From Podarcis tiliguerta (lineage: Eukaryota): a stretch of DNA of 64,000 nt. The notes under the pieces are model-generated. The model worked only from the letters and a program-made list of their open reading frames with translations, did no database searches and was not told where the DNA came from. Location of the stretch: assembly GCA_965153285.1 (NCBI GenBank), contig OZ229120.1, one strand, 5' to 3'. Positions 36,083-49,254 of the stretch are shown here, one piece after another. The first letter of the stretch is position 1. Every line of letters begins with the position of its first letter. The translations under genes and the position numbers were made by a program.

Positions 36083-36769
36083 CAGGGCCGGATTTAGGTT
36101 TGATAAGGCCCTAAACTACTGAAGGTAATGGGGCCCTTTATATGTCCATCTGTTCTTTGTCAACAACAAATTGTCACTGTTTTTTGTGTTGAATATATGC
36201 TATATGGTAATTTATGGACCCAATAGGTATGAAAAGCCATTTGCACATGTTGCCATGCAACCAGTCCATGCAGAATGTAGGCACCCTATATATAGAAATG
36301 AGGAAACCAGTGATATTTTAGGGAGCAGGCTAGCAGGCGGGGCCCATTACTGTGGTACCTCTGTTTACGTACTTAATTCGTTCCGGAGGTCCGTTCTTAA
36401 CCTGAAACTGTTCTTAATCTGAAGCACCACTTTAGCTAATGGGGCCTCCCGCTGCTGCCATGCCGCCGCGCAATTTCTGTTCTCATCCTGAAGCAAAGTT
36501 ATTAACCTGAGGTACTATTTCTGGGTTAGCGGAGTCTGTAACCTGAAGCGTATGTAACCTGAAACGTATGTAACCCGAGGTACCACTCTACTTACATCAT
36601 AGGAGCCTACAAAACACTGTTGCTGTATGTACGTATCATTTTATTTGTTTTTTATCTTATATTTTGGAAATGTACATCCAGTTTTCCCCCCTTAAATTTT
36701 TTTGGGGGCCCCTAAGAGAGTGGGGCCTTAAGCTATAGCTTATTTAGCTTATACATAAATCCAATACTG
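36083..36769 (+). mobile_element. hAT MITE family H, copy 1 (with nested MITE A)
   Basis: CAGGGCCGGATTTA...TAAATCCAATACTG, perfect 8-bp TSD CCTGGCCT; matches 48731-49204. Confidence 0.93.
36350..36588 (-). mobile_element. Tigger-like MITE family A, copy 3
   Basis: TIRs with TA TSD; the empty site GCCCATTACTTA is seen in the paralogous hAT copy near 49011. Confidence 0.93.
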
Positions 36770-38677
36770 CCTGGCCTATATCCTAGACATTGGAACCACT
36801 TGCACACAGAGCCTCCTTTAGTTGCATGGAAGACTTCATGTGCAAAGTGTTTTATAATCCATAACTCATATTAACGTCCATCCTATACTTGTGCACTTGA
36901 AATAAACTCTTGGTGATTTCACTATACATCTGGCCCACAAAATGGAGCACATCTTTAATTTTGTGCAAAGTGGAGCTTTGTTCCATCTGTTTCCAATGTT
37001 CAGGCTGTGAGTGCTGTTACCTATGTATCTAAAATGTCACCACCCCACGCACAAGAACAAGGCATATCAACAGGCTGTGGTGGACCTCACAAAACAGGCC
37101 AATAAGGAAGGATCATGCACAGAAGGCAGACTGACTGTTGGGGGGTGATGGTGCTCAGGCAGTTTCATCATGTCATTCATAGAAATGCAAGTTTAAGAAC
37201 TACTGTGCATGTGCTTCACAGCAGCTGTGTGTTTTCCCCACAACTATCGTTTCATTTAGCTTAAGCAGTTAATATTCAGTATTAAATGCTTCTGCATGGG
37301 CCTCAGAACATTCTATGGTGCATGTGCAGCATCCTGCTTAAGTTCCCCACAGCTAAGGAAGAACTTGTGAAGGAAATGATGCTTCCTTCTCATTGCAATG
37401 AAGCATTATGAGCTGGGCAAACTCAGATACTGATCCAGCTAGTTACAATATTCAGTGCCATCACTAGTGGTGTCATCACAGCTACAAAGTGATTTGAAGC
37501 TGGGTTATCGGCACCCTATAACACCACATCACTTTAGCTTCATATTATGGCTAAGATTCCTATTTGCAATATAAAGTAGACGCCAAAATTAGGTAAGTCC
37601 CAGTTAACAGCTGACAACTGTAATGAGAGTGTAGCCTTGGCGACTTGTTTGATTTAGCTGATCAAACTGTCAGATACTCTGCGCCGATGCAGCCACAGAG
37701 CTCCAGTAGATATCCTCCTAGCCCTACTCAAGCATAAGCAACTTCCTCTCTAAAAATAAACATGATTTAATGAGGAGAAACAACCTAGTATTCATTCTTT
37801 TTACCAGTTTGACAGCCAACAGAATTAATGCCAAATATGGCGCCATCAGTGTCAGAAGTTAACTAAATGTCTCTACTAGCTGTCTCTACTAGCAAAGTTG
37901 CTTGCATGAAAATAAAATGAGACAAAGGAAGAGAAGCAAAAGAAAACACAGCTGGTGTTTAAGCAAGCAGTGGACTTTTCCTCTAATAGGCTGTTTTGCC
38001 AAAAAAAAATTCTAGAACTGTAAAATATGTTCTTACACGTAACTCTTCTTTATAGCTTCTTTTGCTGCTGCTGGACTACTGCAGTTCAAGCAACACTGCT
38101 TATTCAGACATTATATTTTGATAGGCATGAATATCATTCTTGTGAATGATTTAGTAAATGCAGAAATCGTATACAACCAGGACTTTGGGTTTTCACAAAT
38201 CGGTTAGGCAGCCAAACTTGCAATCACATGCAGGTTTTAGGATTAATTTTGGCATCTGCAAAATATTTGGATCAGTCCTTGTAATGTACGTAGATAATGG
38301 CAGGATCTGATTCAGCAGCTGGCATCCTCTGGCAGCTGCTGGGGCTCCAGCAGCCTAGCTAATGTTGGCCCTTGTCTTCCCTCCATATTGGGTGCTGAGC
38401 CAAGGGGGTACGTAACCACCACCACCAACCCTATATTGGTGGATACCTACTCAACTACTGTGAAAATAAGAAATATTGGGGGAGGCACAACATTTTGTGC
38501 TTGCTCAGGGTGAAATATTACCAAAGTCCTCCCCTGCTCCTCCTGTTCTGTAGGTTGTCCTGCTGCATACTTGTACAAAATATGTGGATAGTGTTAACAT
38601 GTTTACATCCGTTTCAACAGGCATGACCCTGGCATGACCCTGCTGTTCTTTCTTATGCAGTTATTATCACATGTTTA

Positions 38678-39041
38678 AAGGTAAAGGTAAAGGTACCCCT
38701 GCCCGTACGGGCCAGTCTTGACAGACTCTAGGGTTGTGCGCCCATCTCACTCAAAGAGGCCGGGGGCCAGCGCTGTCCGAAGACACTTCTGGGTCACGTG
38801 GCCAGCGTGACATTGCTGCTCTGGCGAGCCAGAGCCGCACACGGAAACGCTGTTTACCTTCCCGCTAGTAAGCGGTCCCTATTTATCTACTTGCACCCGG
38901 GAGTGCTTTCGAACTGCTAGGTTGGCAGGCGCTGGGACCGAACAATGGGAGTGCACCCCGCCACGGGGATTCGAACCGCCGACCTTTCGATCGGCAAGCT
39001 CTAGGCGCTGAGGCTTTTACCCACAGCGCCACCCGTGTCCC
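38678..39041 (-). mobile_element. Sauria SINE, subfamily 2
   Basis: (AAAGGT)n tail, intact head; perfect TSD ATCACATGTTTA (38666-38677, 39042-39053). Confidence 0.96.
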
Positions 39042-39741
39042 ATCACATGTTTAGACTGTCCAAATAGGACAAATGCTTCTCTGTGGACATAGTACCCTCT
39101 CTGTGTCTCCTCCAGGTTGGCGAATATGCATGCAATAGAATAGCCCTTTCTCCAGATATAGCCTGCCTCTCAACCCTTTATCCACTTTTGTGGTATATAA
39201 TATGCAGCAGATTCGTGTCACATTGTTTGTTCCTGCTGTATTACCGAGCGAAACAATTACTCTATACGGAAAGTGGGGGAGAAGTCATTGTCAGGGCATT
39301 TTCTGCACTTTTGGCTTGTTTTTTTTTTCTACTGATGTTCCTCAGCAGCGCAACTGGAAAGGGCATTTCTTAAAGGACTTTAGAGGCAAAGTAGGAAAAA
39401 TGACATAAGCCCCTCTTGGATTTGATGGATGCACTCTTCTATTTGAAGTTCTCTCACAGTCTTGTGCAAGAACGCCTGGGTCACTCCATCCAGGCCTCTA
39501 ATGAGGCAGTGCATGAGCACTTGCAGTTTGCAGGCCTTTTCTTTAATCAGAGATTGGGTAACACTCAGGACTGATAGGCTTCAACATCAGATCTAAACAG
39601 AAAATAACATGCTCGATTTGCCCTCTGAAGGTGGGTTGAGCAAATCTTTGTGATGTATCGGAGCATTTGCTGGCTGCAAACGCACGTGGTGCGGTTCCTA
39701 TTTCTGTCGGCAAATACAAATTTTTCACTCAGCAGGCTTAA

Positions 39742-39873
39742 NNNNNNNNNNNNNNNNNNNNNNNNNNNNNNNNNNNNNNNNNNNNNNNNNNNNNNNNNNN
39801 NNNNNNNNNNNNNNNNNNNNNNNNNNNNNNNNNNNNNNNNNNNNNNNNNNNNNNNNNNNNNNNNNNNNNNNNN
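39742..39873. other. Assembly gap
   Basis: N run. Confidence 1.
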
Positions 39874-40219
39874 GATTTGCAAATAAACACATTTTACACA
39901 TTATAAACCATCCATTTTAACCAATGATGCTTAAGCCTTTTGCTATGCTGTTTTCCCTTCTCATTTTGATGCCATTTTCGTTTAATAAAGCAGGCTCACT
40001 ACATTTGGGCTTCTTTCCACGGAAAAGCATTTCATAGTGACACGACTGAGCTAGGCTGTGCGAGTAAAAGTCAAAAGCACAAATCTTCCAGAAGGATGGC
40101 AGATTTGGATAGATAGGTAAGTCAAGAATAAACTTATTAAATGCCCTCCAGGGGAGATCCTATGATAAAGCATGCCAAGGTGGGCAGCTCTGAAAGCTTC
40201 CTTCGGACCCCAGACAACT

Positions 40220-40396
40220 GGAAGAACTTAGGCACATTGGTTCATCTAGCTCAGGATTGTCCACACTGATTGGCTGTGGTTCTCCAGTGTTTAAATCAGG
40301 AGATCTCTCCTGTCCTACCTGGAGATGATGGGAATTAAATGTGGAACCTTCTGTTTGCTCAACAGATGTTGCACCACTGAGCTATAGCGCTTCCCC
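40220..40396 (-). mobile_element. tRNA-head SINE with CR1-like tail (Squam2-like)
   Basis: Reverse strand begins GGGGAAGCGCTATAGCTCAGTGGTGCAACATCTG (A box), then CATCTCCAGGTAGG and a CTGAGCTAGATG tail. Confidence 0.75.
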
Positions 40397-41018
40397 AAAT
40401 GATTTTGAGGTGTGACCATCGTTTTGTTTTTGTAGCCCTTTGACACCAAATTGTGGCGACAATACCAATTTTTAATAAAGTTGACTATGTATTTTTGCCC
40501 GTGAAACTCTCACATTAACCATTCCGCACTGCAGCGCAAGGCTGGCCCCTTACATGTCGCCACAAATGAAGCAGTGCATCACCAAAAAGAATGAAAGAAA
40601 AGGGTACAGATTTCCATAAAACTTGCATAGGCTAATTTATATGTATAGATACAAATTTAGAAATAGTTACCATAGTTAAAATAGAAATATATCTCACCAC
40701 AGTGGGGAAGACAATAACCAGGCATTTGTGCCAGCTCCATCTACTTTCCAGGTCCAACTGTAAATGGGCAACATCAAGACCCCTTCTCTCTGTCATGGCT
40801 GTTTATGTTGTCTTCTCTGACAGCAAATGGAGGACTATTCATCTCTAAAGTAGGACTCCATGGCATGCATGGCTTTCCTTCTCTCCCTAACAAATAAACT
40901 CCTAACTGAAGAAGAACTCAGAAACAGATGACTCTTAGGAATAAAGAGGCATAAATAGTAAACAATCTGACTTTAAAAAGAATAAAAATGCATTAGCATT
41001 TCACTAAACTCCATTTTA

Positions 41019-41360
41019 GGGACGCGGGTGGCGCTGTGGGTTAAACCACAGAGCCTAGGACTTGCCGATCAGAAGGTTTGAATCCCTGTGACGGGGTGAG
41101 TTCCCAATGTTCGGTCCCTGCTCCTGCCCACCTAGAAGCTCGAAAGCATGTCAAAGTGCAAGTAGATAAATAGGTACCGCTCTGGCGGGAAGGTAAACAG
41201 CGTTTCCGTGCACTGCTCTGGTTCGCCAGAAGCGGCTTAGTCATGCTGGTCACATGACCCGGAAGCTGTATGCCAGCTCCCTTGGCCAGTAAAGCAAGAT
41301 GAGCGTTGCAACCCCAGAGTTGTCCGCAACTGGACCTAATGGTCAGGGGTCCCTTTACCA
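41019..41360 (+). mobile_element. Sauria SINE, subfamily 1
   Basis: GGGACGCGGGTGGCGCTGTGGGTTAAACC...GGTCAGGGGTCCCTTTACC; TSD TAAACTCCATTT (41005-41016, 41362-41373). Confidence 0.96.
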
Positions 41361-41442
41361 TTAAACTCCATTTGAATTCACTTATACAACAGTATTGCTA
41401 TATCACTGATATTGGAGGTGTTGGTGTTATAAAACCCCAAAG

Positions 41443-41578
41443 CAGGCACAGGCAAATTCGGCCCTTCAGATGTTTTGAGACTACAATTCCCATCATCCCT
41501 GACCACTGGTCCTGTTAGCTAGGGATGATGGGAATTGTAGTCCCAAACCATCTGGCAGGCCGAGTTTGCCTATGCCTG
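41443..41578. mobile_element. Palindromic hAT MITE
   Basis: Near-complete hairpin; perfect 8-bp TSD CCCCAAAG. Confidence 0.9.
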
Positions 41579-42857
41579 CCCCAAAGGATTTGAGATGCAG
41601 CTTCTTTAAGCAGTGCCTCTTTGTATATGGACCCACTCAGCTGTTGACCATCAAGGGAAGCTCTTCTCACCAAAATAGCCAAGCATGAAGTAATGGGCCT
41701 CATTTTTCTTTCTTGTGAAATGTGCTAAAATCCAGAAGACACTTCCATTGTAGGCCCTCATCCGTTGTTGGGGAGCATGTAAAAGGATGTAACAGACGTG
41801 CAAGAGATGCTTATGGTCCCACATGCTGTCTTTGCTCAACATAGCATGGAATCCCCTCTCCTACTTGCCTTTCCAATATCCTGTCTCATGAATATGTACT
41901 GAGAACTTCAGAGAGATGGTGCTAAAACAGTAGCTGGGTTCACCAGAAAAAGAATAAGCGCATATGCATAACATTGTGTGATCTGTGAATTATATTATGT
42001 TTGTGTCACACATCACACAATGCTCTCTACATCTGGATGCACCATGAAAAAAATATATGAAGCCAGTGCAATAGAGTATCTTCAAAAGAACCCATAAGAA
42101 ACTGTCTCTTAGGGCCATTTCACCTGATTTTTTCCCCCTTACATGGAAATAAATACAAGTTTAGCTTACCATAATGTTTGAAGGGCAGCACAAGTGAGTT
42201 CCATGCTGTGAATATATTGTTCAGGCAACAGCTGCTACGTTCCTTGAGGCATTTGATGTATGTGATGTACGGAGGATCGATGTGGCAAGTTGTGCTAGAC
42301 TTTAGCAGCAAGTGAAGAGAGTCACCACAGAGGAGCAATGTGATATGGGGAAAAGGTATCATGTAGACTGATCCTAAGAAGAGGAAGCAGAAGAGACTGG
42401 GGTGGTGGTGGGGAGATAAATAAAACAGATTCAGTGAAGTGTTTTGTGAAGCAGACGTGTAACTTCAGCAAAGCGCCTCATTCTCCCTCAGGAGCAGGGC
42501 CAATCTGGAAGATGGAAGGGGCTTCTCACTCAATTGACTTTGATTGCTCCTGCATCTGAAGCTGAAGGAGATGCTCTCTCATTCTCAAGGGGCCATCATG
42601 AACCAACTGGGGAACATTTGAGAAGCAGCAGTAGTATTTTAGCATAGACGGCAGTTTTTATGAGGGAAGTGAAATGCCCATTGGTTGTGAACATGCAACG
42701 TTTAGCTTCTTTGAGGTAGAAGGATCCTGATGTGACCATAAATAAACACACAGACCCAACCTGCTTAAGCTCTACAAACAATAGGACTCTCTCATTATAA
42801 CGCACACTCTTTCTCCATAGCTAATTCATGCTTGGCTTTCCCCATTATTGTTGTACA

Positions 42858-42995
42858 CAGTGCTATTTTTCTAGAAAAAGAGGTGTTGGAACTTGCCATT
42901 AATGCCTCCCTTGTACTCTTATAATGGCAATGGCACTCAGCTGAGAGATGCCAGAACTGAGGTCCAGTGAATTCCGGCTGGGGGAAAAAGCCCAG
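42858..42995. mobile_element. Short hAT-like MITE
   Basis: CAGTGCTATTTTTCTAGAAAAAGAGGTG...GAAAAAGCCCAG; TSD 6/8 (GTTGTACA / GTTATACT); a shorter relative lies at about 44628-44702. Confidence 0.55.
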
Positions 42996-43005
42996 GTTAT
43001 ACTAA

Positions 43006-43141
43006 TAATGTTTCTCAACCTTGGGTCCCCAGATGTTGTTGGACTACAACTCCCATCATCCCTGAGCTCTGGCCTTGCTAGCTAGGGATGATGGGATTTG
43101 TAATTCAACAACATCTGGGGACCCAAGGTTGAGAAAGGCTG
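43006..43141. mobile_element. Palindromic MITE
   Basis: Arms TTTCTCAACCTTGGGTCCCCAGATGTTGTTG / CAACAACATCTGGGGACCCAAGGTTGAGAAA; TACTAA on both flanks. Confidence 0.85.
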
Positions 43142-44486
43142 TACTAATTGCTAGATTGCCACTTCCATAATCCTGGCTATTGGACATGTTTCTGGAGGCT
43201 GATGGGAATTGAAGTCCAGTAATATCTGGAGAGCAACACTTCCCCATTCCTGCTCTGGGACACGGTTGAACAGCACTAAGAAGCTGTTCAGCATTGCAGC
43301 TGGACCAGGACTGTATAGCATGTGTGCTTATGTATGTATATTACAATACACATGCATACATATTACAGAATATGCACAATTTCATTTAAAAAACAAACGA
43401 ACAAGTGGTGAATCCAGAAAGTATTTTTGTAACTTCCACAGACATCAGATATATAAAGAAGTGGTCGCTATGTAGAAGTACTTTGGAATCAGAGGGAGAA
43501 AAGCAAAGGTCTAACTGCCATGTAAACTCATTTGAAATGTCATGTCTTATTAGAACCCAATAAGTGGAATGTCTGTTTTCACCCTTTGGTTGAGCCATCA
43601 AATTTGTCAAAATTTTATGATAATTCATTCCATCACTCCTCAGACATTTACATGACAGGCAGTCATATTGAGGGGGGGGGGAGAGGGAATATCCCTGTAA
43701 TCCTACACTTCATGTTAAACTGCCTCCTGAGAGGTTTTTAAAACACTCCTCATCTGAGCAAAGCCCTAAATTTCTCACTTCCACTTATGATTTGCTGCCT
43801 TTCTAGAAAATGACAATAAATTGGCTCTCTGCCATTCTTGACCTCTCAGCTTCTGAACCTTGCCTGTCCAAGCCTTAACTTTGCTTGCTTAAGTCAGTAG
43901 CAACAGTGTCACACGGCCAATTTTTTTCCAAGGGGGTTCAGGGATTTTGCTCTCCTGGATAACTAAGCTCCCCCTCTAGTGTTCAGTGCTCATCACATTA
44001 TTCCTTAGATGAGTAAGAAAAGAGAGATGCCACTTTACAGCCACTTTACAGCGATAAAGCACAGCTCATGCCCAGTTTATAGCCTCAGAGTGTAATGATA
44101 CAAGTGCACAAAGGTAAATATATATTTCTTGAAATCCGGCCATATCAGCTTCTTCCCCTCTCTATAAAGTAAATCATAACTACCTGTAAAACACACACAC
44201 AAACCCTCACCCTTCGCCCAGTCTCACATACAAACTAACTGGTAGACAGAGAGCATAGTGGCAAAAGTCGGCTTGGTGAAGAATATATGGCGTAGCTTTG
44301 TTTTTTGAGAGGAATTATGGAGCTTGTACGTGACTGCATCACTTCTCATTGATAATCAAGGCAAAGGCATTACTTATTTAGAGGCCAGTTGCAAACAGAG
44401 CTGAAGTGGAGATGTTTCTTCCTTTCTTTTCTTTGTAATGACCCCTGAGAGCACCCCTCATCTTAGGCTGGGGGGTATATTGTCTT

Positions 44487-44623
44487 ACCCCATACTGCCT
44501 TACCCCCATATCCATACCCCATACTGCCTTACCCCCATATGCTCATTCGAATGCTTCCATCTGCAGAACTGACATAATACTCACATAATACTCACATAAT
44601 ACTCAGGTCTCACATAATACTCA
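44487..44623. repeat. Two adjacent short tandem repeats
   Basis: ACCCCATACTGCCTTACCCCCATAT x2, then ACATAATACTC x4 (one interruption). Confidence 0.85.
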
Positions 44624-46699
44624 TTCTCAGAGCGTTTTTTCTAGAAAACAAGGTGCTGGGACTGCATACCATTGAGTACTGCCAGGGAAAAAAGCGCCGC
44701 TGTTAACTTTTTACAGAAAATATCTCCCTGTCTGTTGGCATCAGGAAACTTTTCTACTTTCTTTTCAATGCCTGCTTAAAGCATTTTTGTTCAAATATAG
44801 AAGCTGCATTTCTCTTGTTAGATACTGTGGATTTTAATTATCTTTGGAATGTTTTAAAATACCCTTTTTATTGAGAACACTAATGTTTTATTTTGTATTT
44901 TTGTAAACTGCTTAGGTTTTCTGACAAGCAGTATGCTTACAAAGTATGCAAATTTTGCAGTATGCAAAATCATATGCAAATTTTGTTAATTAAATAAATG
45001 AAAGCTACAACCGCCTTGTGTGTACAGCCACTAGCAAGAACACCTGTGGAACTCAATCTGACATGCTTCTGAGCAGACTTGCATTGTTAGAAGCTAACAG
45101 GTTTGTTGTGGCATAAAGTAAGTATGTTAGACTTTTAAGGCAACCCCCCCTCCCCCAAAAGTGCTTCAGGTAATAATCAGGCTGCTGGGAGTGGAGTGGC
45201 GGGGAGAGAAGAGACTCCCAACTTTCATGCTGCCCATAGAGGAAATCCTCTCCCACCCGAGAAAAAATATGCCTCGATTATTCTCTTTCCATCCCTATTC
45301 AGGGGAATGGATCTGAGAATTGTGAATTCTCCTGGTGATGCAGCTACAAAAATAAGAAGATTGTCCATTTATTGAGCATTCCTCCTGAAACACTGTAGCA
45401 CTGTTGTGCTGTAACGCTGTAGTGTTGCTGCCAAGCCCAATTCTATTTCCAACACAGCAGTGATATCTCTGTGAAATCTCAGGAACGCCAAACTGGGTGT
45501 ATCATTATTTGGCCCATTCTGGCCCTGCCAAGCATTTCCCCCAGGTCAAGCTTGTAGGGAACCACTTCACTCTCAGTTTAGGCACAAATATGCTGGAAGG
45601 AACATACTGATACCTGAAAAAAACACCAGCCTTGTTTGGGCATCCCCTATACCTTACTTCAGTTTGTAGAACTGAGGTAATAGTGATTTATGCCAGAATT
45701 TTCTTTGAGAATGAATTGAGGGTGGTGGTGGGGACTGTCTATATAGTGAAATCCCTTTTACACACCCTTAAACAGAGAATCTGTGATCAAAAAGTGACAG
45801 TTTTGAAATAAATTATGAGACACTCACCTTATGCGTCTTAAGGAAAGTGTATGGCTTAAAACAATACAAAAAGATTTAAGGAATATTTCCAGAAGGAAAA
45901 ACACACAACTGTACTATAAGATCCCCCAGAAGCAACATGACAGCACAATGCTGTTCTGATTTACTTAGACACAGATGCATTCTCAACCCTTTGTCACAAT
46001 CATGTGGGAATGTTGTCTGTTCCCAAGCATGCCCGGCCAAGAGGGATTCAAAAACAAAACAGAATTTAGCGTGGCCACATGCCGAACAACAACAAAGATT
46101 TCAAAAGCTCTTTACTTATACACCCCAATGACAGATATACTAGGTTTTGTATCATATTCATAATAGCCTTTTTATATAGCTGACTGGCAGCTGACTTACG
46201 AAACCTTCTCTTTTATCTTGGTTGCGAGAGGACAGCCCAGTCTACTCACATTGCAAAATGAGCCATTTTCACCTATTTGTCAGGAGAGTGGGCTGCCTGT
46301 TCCCACAATGCACTCTTCCTGGCAGCTGCAATGTTTCAGGCTGGGATGTGAGGGTACAATTAATTTGGCAATAATCCTGTGGACTGAAATCTCACTGCTA
46401 TGGAGATATGCTGTCACCATACGTCTGTCAGGGCACATCTGGATGCTTGAGAGAAGTCGGTTGAAAAAAGCAAGATGAGACAACCCCACACTATTGGTAC
46501 AATAACAATTGGGGATGGTTTGCGCTCTGCAAATATTGATACCCACAGTGGCTCAGCTATTGCACTCCTGTTGCGTTCTGGTAGATGAAAGATTAGCACA
46601 GTTTAAGATCCATGAGCGAATGGATTGGGATTTAGATATGTTGAGCAAATGAGATAGTCTTTCTTTTCATGCCAGAGTAGAAATGGGTATTGAGTCATA

Positions 46700-47188
46700 T
46701 GCCCTCATGAAGGCTCTCAGTGGCTACTAATCAGAATGGTTATGCCCCCCCCCCCCCCGTTGTCAAAGGCGATATGTTTTTATATATTGGTTTTTAGGAA
46801 CTGCAGGTGGGGACACCTCTGCTGCACTCAGGTCCTGCTTCTCATTGGTACAGCGGTTCCTCAGATTAAGAACTTAATTTGTTCTGGAGGTCCTTTCTTA
46901 ACCTGAAACTGTTCTTAACCTGAGGTACCACTTTAGCTAATGGGATGTCCCGCTGCGCCACTGCCACACGATTTCTGTTCTCATCCTGAAGCAAAGTTCT
47001 TAACCCGAGGTACTATTTCTGGGTTAGTGGAGTCTGTAACCTGAAGCGTCTGTAACCTGAAGCATCTGTAACCTGAAGCGTCTGTAACCCGAGGTACCAC
47101 TGCATCTGGTTGACCACTGTGAAAACAGGAAGCTGGACTAGATTTGTCTTTGGCTTGATCTGAGGCCATTTCCTGTGTTCTTATGTTC
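46700..47188 (+). mobile_element. CR1 3' UTR fragment interrupted by MITE A
   Basis: CAGGTCCTGCTT|MITE|CATCTGGTTGACCACTGTGAAAACAGGAAGCTGGACTAGAT...TTCTTATGTTC. Confidence 0.75.
46851..47102 (-). mobile_element. Tigger-like MITE family A, copy 4
   Basis: Family sequence; left TA, right CA (mutated TSD). Confidence 0.9.
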
Positions 47189-47319
47189 ATATTTAAAGTA
47201 GTTCTTGTGCTGAATTTCTCCTCCTTCTCTAGTTACCCCCAAATGTAAATTATCTGCCCATTTAGAATTCAGCCTATCTGTCTGTCTCTTCTAAGTTGGT
47301 CTACATGTTTGAATGGGTT

Positions 47320-47920
47320 CAGAAACTTCAGCTGGTGCAGAATGCGGCAGCCTGTCTTTGACAGGTAGGGGTCCTTTCAGCATATTTCATCTGCTTCGAA
47401 GCAACTAAGTGGCTGCCAATATGCTTCTGAGCCCAGTTTCAGACTGCTGGTTTTGAAGATTAAACAACTCCTTATCTCATGGAATGCCTTCTCCCATATT
47501 GCATTTAAGATCTTCTGCGAAGACTTTGCTCCGTGTTGCATCTTATGTGGAGGCCAAGTTAGCCTGAAAGGAGCAGGGCCTTCTCTGTGGCAATTCTAAT
47601 GCTCTGCAACTCTTTCCCAAGATGTATTTATTTAGCCTGTTGAAGCCCATCCTTCCCTATGAGAGCCCTCCTGGTACCTACTAGATTATCATCTCAGGTG
47701 AATACATTATTGCTCTCTTAGGCATTCAAATGATTTATATTTTAAATATTGGAACTATGCTCCATTTTAAACTCTGCTGTTTTGATGAATATTTTATTAT
47801 GTTATTTATTTACTTATGTTAATTGAGCTGTTTATTGTTCTGTGTTTTTGTTTTAACTGCACCGTAAAATATTATGAGAGAGACTATAAAGGTTGGCATA
47901 TAAATGCCTTAAATAAATAC
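47320..47920 (+). mobile_element. Old L2 LINE 3' fragment
   Basis: CAGAAACTTCAGCTGGTGCAGAATGCGGCAGCC = QKLQLVQNAAA, later TGGCTGCCA (WLP); T-rich UTR and AAATAAATA tail. Confidence 0.8.
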
Positions 47921-48492
47921 AAATGAAATCCTTTTTTCAGAGAGCTTTTGTGCTTTATTTGGTGGGGGGGGAGGGTGGCTGGTTTTTATTGATTTATTGT
48001 GATTCATTTGTTTTGTTGGCTGTTGTATAAGAACAAAATAAATATAAATAAACCAGCTTTGGAAAAATGCAAGATTTTAGGGAATAAGTATGTGTGTGCA
48101 ATTTTATATTTATTATTTCATTTACATCCCACCTTTTCTCCAAGTTGCTCAAGGTGGCACATATTCTACTTCCAATTTTACGTAGAATGCATTTTTTTAA
48201 AAAAGCTGAAGAAAAGTTGTTAAAAACCAACCTACAAATAATGGTTAAATATAATAAAATTGTAAAAAGTGAACATAAAACAAAACTACATTTCAAAAGT
48301 AGGTTTATTAACCTTTTGCACATATGTAGCATGATGTGCAGAAGCTGGAGGTTATGAATTGCCGCCATGTCACATTAAAGTCGTTTCTCTTTAATATGAA
48401 ATAACATTTAAGGCTGCAATCCCCTACGCATACTAACCTCCATTGAACTCAATCAATTGAACTCAGTTCTTTCTGAGTTGACATGTATAGTA

Positions 48493-48711
48493 CAGTGGTA
48501 CCTCGAGCTACAGATGCTTCAGGTTACAGACTCCGCTAACCGAGAAATAGTACCTTGGGTTAAGAACTTTGCTTCAGGATGAGAACAGAAATTGTGGTGT
48601 GGCGGCAGCGGGAGGCCCCATTAGCTAAAGTGGGACCTCAGGTTAAGAACAGTTTCAGGTTAAGAACGGACCTCCAGAACGAATTTAAGTTCTTAACCTG
48701 AGGTACCACTG
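48493..48711 (+). mobile_element. Tigger-like MITE family A, copy 5 (nested in short palindromic repeat 48411-48721)
   Basis: TIRs and TA TSD; host reads GACATGTATAG|TA|TTGTACTG. Confidence 0.9.
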
Positions 48712-48730
48712 TATTGTACTGCAATTATAG

Positions 48731-49204
48731 CAGGGCCGGATATAGGTTTGATGAGACCCTAAGCTACTGAAGGTAATGGGGCCCTTTATATGTCCAGCTG
48801 TCCTTTGTCAACAACAAATTGTTGCTATTTTTTGTTTTGAATATATGCTATATGGTCATTTATGGACCTAATAGGTATCTAAAGCCATTTGCACATGACA
48901 AAATATGTATTTTATCGAAGTAATTGCAACCAGTCCATGCAGAATGTAGGCACCCTATATATAGAAATGAGTGAACCAGTGATATTTCAGGGAGCAGGCT
49001 AGCAGGCAGGGCCCATTACTTAGATCATAGGAGCCTACACAACACCAAACACTGTTGCTGTATGTATGTTTTATTTTATTTGTTTTTTAACTTATATTTT
49101 GGAAATGTACATCCAGTTTTTCCCCCTTTAATTTTTTGGGGGGCCCTCAAGAGAGTGGGGCCCTAAGCTATAGCTTATTTAGCTTATACGTAAATCCGGC
49201 ACTG
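48731..49204 (+). mobile_element. hAT MITE family H, copy 2 (uninterrupted)
   Basis: CAGGGCCGGAT...ATCCGGCACTG; perfect 8-bp TSD AATTATAG. Confidence 0.94.
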
Positions 49205-49254
49205 AATTATAGTAGTGGTATATTCCCTGCTTTTAAATGTTTTTTCCCTCCCCT

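Noticed and set aside
43006-43141. Long hairpin as miRNA precursor (also 41443-41578)
   Set aside because: Multi-copy palindromic MITEs with duplicated flanks; no known mature miRNA recognised.
44487-44623. Repeat-spacer-like pattern (CRISPR)
   Set aside because: Simple head-to-tail tandem repeats in eukaryotic DNA with no unique spacers or cas genes.
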